From the NCBI GenBank assembly GCA_038523235.1, contig JBCBJQ010000011.1, forward strand, positions 32,001 through 96,000: DNA of 64,000 nucleotides. Reading direction: 5' to 3'. Source of the stretch: Cyanobacteria bacterium J06626_4. Lineage in GTDB: Bacteria; Cyanobacteriota; Cyanobacteriia; Phormidesmidales; Phormidesmidaceae. The first letter of the stretch is position 1. Every line of letters begins with the position of its first letter. This document shows positions 63,031-64,000 of the stretch, piece after piece. The translations under genes and the position numbers were made by a program. The notes beneath the pieces were generated by a model. It was not told the origin of the DNA and made no database searches. It was given only the letters and a program-made list of their open reading frames with translations.

Positions 63031-64000
63031 TTAATCCTGCTTAACCTTAGGCAAAGGGGGGAAACTCGGCAGCTCAACCGCTGACAAAGATTTGCGTTTG
63101 CGCTGAGTCGGACGCAGCGGATGCACAATCGGCGAAGGCGAAGCCTGAGGACTATTCATGGCCTCTAAAGCCGGAATAGTCGTAGCAAATGGCGAGGGTT
63201 GGGGAGAGACTGAAGCCCGAGGTGCAGGCGCTGACGGTTGGCCTGCTGCCTCTGAGGAAAAAGACAATTCAGCGTTGCTGGCTGCCGAGGTGTTTTCGAG
63301 CGCCGCCTTTAGATTTTCAGCGACCTCGCGTGGCGTCAGGGTTGGAGTCGCTGGCTCAAGCTTTGCCGGAGTTGCTATCGGTGCGGGACTCCCCCAGGGA
63401 ATCGGCTCAGTAAACTGAACGGCTTTAGGAGGCGTCGGTGTAGCAGACGGCTGCGAATTTGCAGCGGCGGCGGCAGCGGTGTCTACAGTTGGCAATGTGT
63501 CCCCACCCATGCCCGGAGTGGGATTACTGATGACGCGCTCAACGTCCTGCCAGAGCTGATTTTCGGCATCGCTGGTGGTCGTGATCGCCGGTTCTGAGGG
63601 GGGCGCTGGCTCAGATAATGTCGGCAACGGGGGCGAAAAATCGGTAATAGCAGGTGAAGTGTCAGTGTCAGCGGGCAGCGTTGGCTCCGCCGTGGGCGTC
63701 GATTTACCTCGCATTAAGGAAAGCAGTTGAGGATCGGCTTGGGCCGGAGTGGTGCCTGCCGACCAAGGTTGAATGCGTTCAGAGCGCGGCATGATAGCGG
63801 GATCGAGAACCGCCGCTGACTGACTCGCCGCGATGTTCTCAGTGATGTTTTCCTGCTCGATACCGTGAGCCGTATGACCAAACGCTGAGGTGTCGAGACA
63901 TTTTTCCAGAGCTGCTTTGAACTGCAGCGTGTAGCGCTGCTGACGCTGCAGGCGCGATCGCAAATCAACACAGGTCTCTTCAGCTGTCTGTAGCTGCTGC
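63031..64000 (-). CDS. Hypothetical coiled-coil/Pro-rich protein; 5' end lies beyond the window
   Basis: Frame open to the window end (QQLQTAEETCVDLRSRLQRQQRYTLQFKAALEKCL); C-terminal SLSAVELPSFP. Confidence 0.65.
   Translation of the reverse strand, partial: QQLQTAEETCVDLRSRLQRQQRYTLQFKAALEKCLDTSAFGHTAHGIEQENITENIAASQSAAVLDPAIMPRSERIQPWSAGTTPAQADPQLLSLMRGKSTPTAEPTLPADTDTSPAITDFSPPLPTLSEPAPPSEPAITTTSDAENQLWQDVERVISNPTPGMGGDTLPTVDTAAAAAANSQPSATPTPPKAVQFTEPIPWGSPAPIATPAKLEPATPTLTPREVAENLKAALENTSAASNAELSFSSEAAGQPSAPAPRASVSPQPSPFATTIPALEAMNSPQASPSPIVHPLRPTQRKRKSLSAVELPSFPPLPKVKQD

Larger units (their letters stand above)
1..64000. repeat. HIP1 highly iterated palindrome GCGATCGC, dispersed
   Basis: Many copies, e.g. 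243-250 and 1395-1402, with overlapping GCGATCGCGATCG at 18421 and 29821. Confidence 0.9.

Overview
Chromosomal window from a filamentous cyanobacterium. The HIP1 octamer GCGATCGC is abundant, a fraC-fraD-fraE septal-junction operon is present, and PsaA/PsaL resemble the white-light Halomicronema/Leptolyngbya-type proteins as I recall them. Most of the content is core: ccsA, cobO, fraCDE, psaA-psaB-psaL-psaI, petM-ycf39, pilD, leuB, mltA, sbcD, the prfA-rpmE-rpsI-rplM-truA-rplQ-rpoA-rpsK-rpsM-rpmJ block, psb27 and pgi. Three short genes missing from the ORF track were read directly from the sequence: psaI, petM and rpmJ. The most notable items are: (1) a TetR regulator fused to an apparently catalytically dead tyrosine-recombinase domain, divergent from a delta-9-type desaturase, with two GCAAGT-N3-ACTTGC palindromes between them; (2) a 306-bp MITE-like element with 19-bp TIRs, a 6-bp TSD and an internal perfect 67-bp tandem duplication, inserted into a palindromic repeat; (3) a hybrid kinase with a cysteine-less LOV-like domain; (4) a PsrR1-like sRNA candidate; (5) a collapsed SDR pseudogene that keeps only its two ends; (6) a solitary Mrr nuclease; (7) a XisA/XisC-like recombinase with no visible element; and (8) a ribosomal cluster broken upstream of rpmJ. 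I found no tRNA, rRNA or CRISPR array. All family assignments come from motif recognition and memory; no database search was run.
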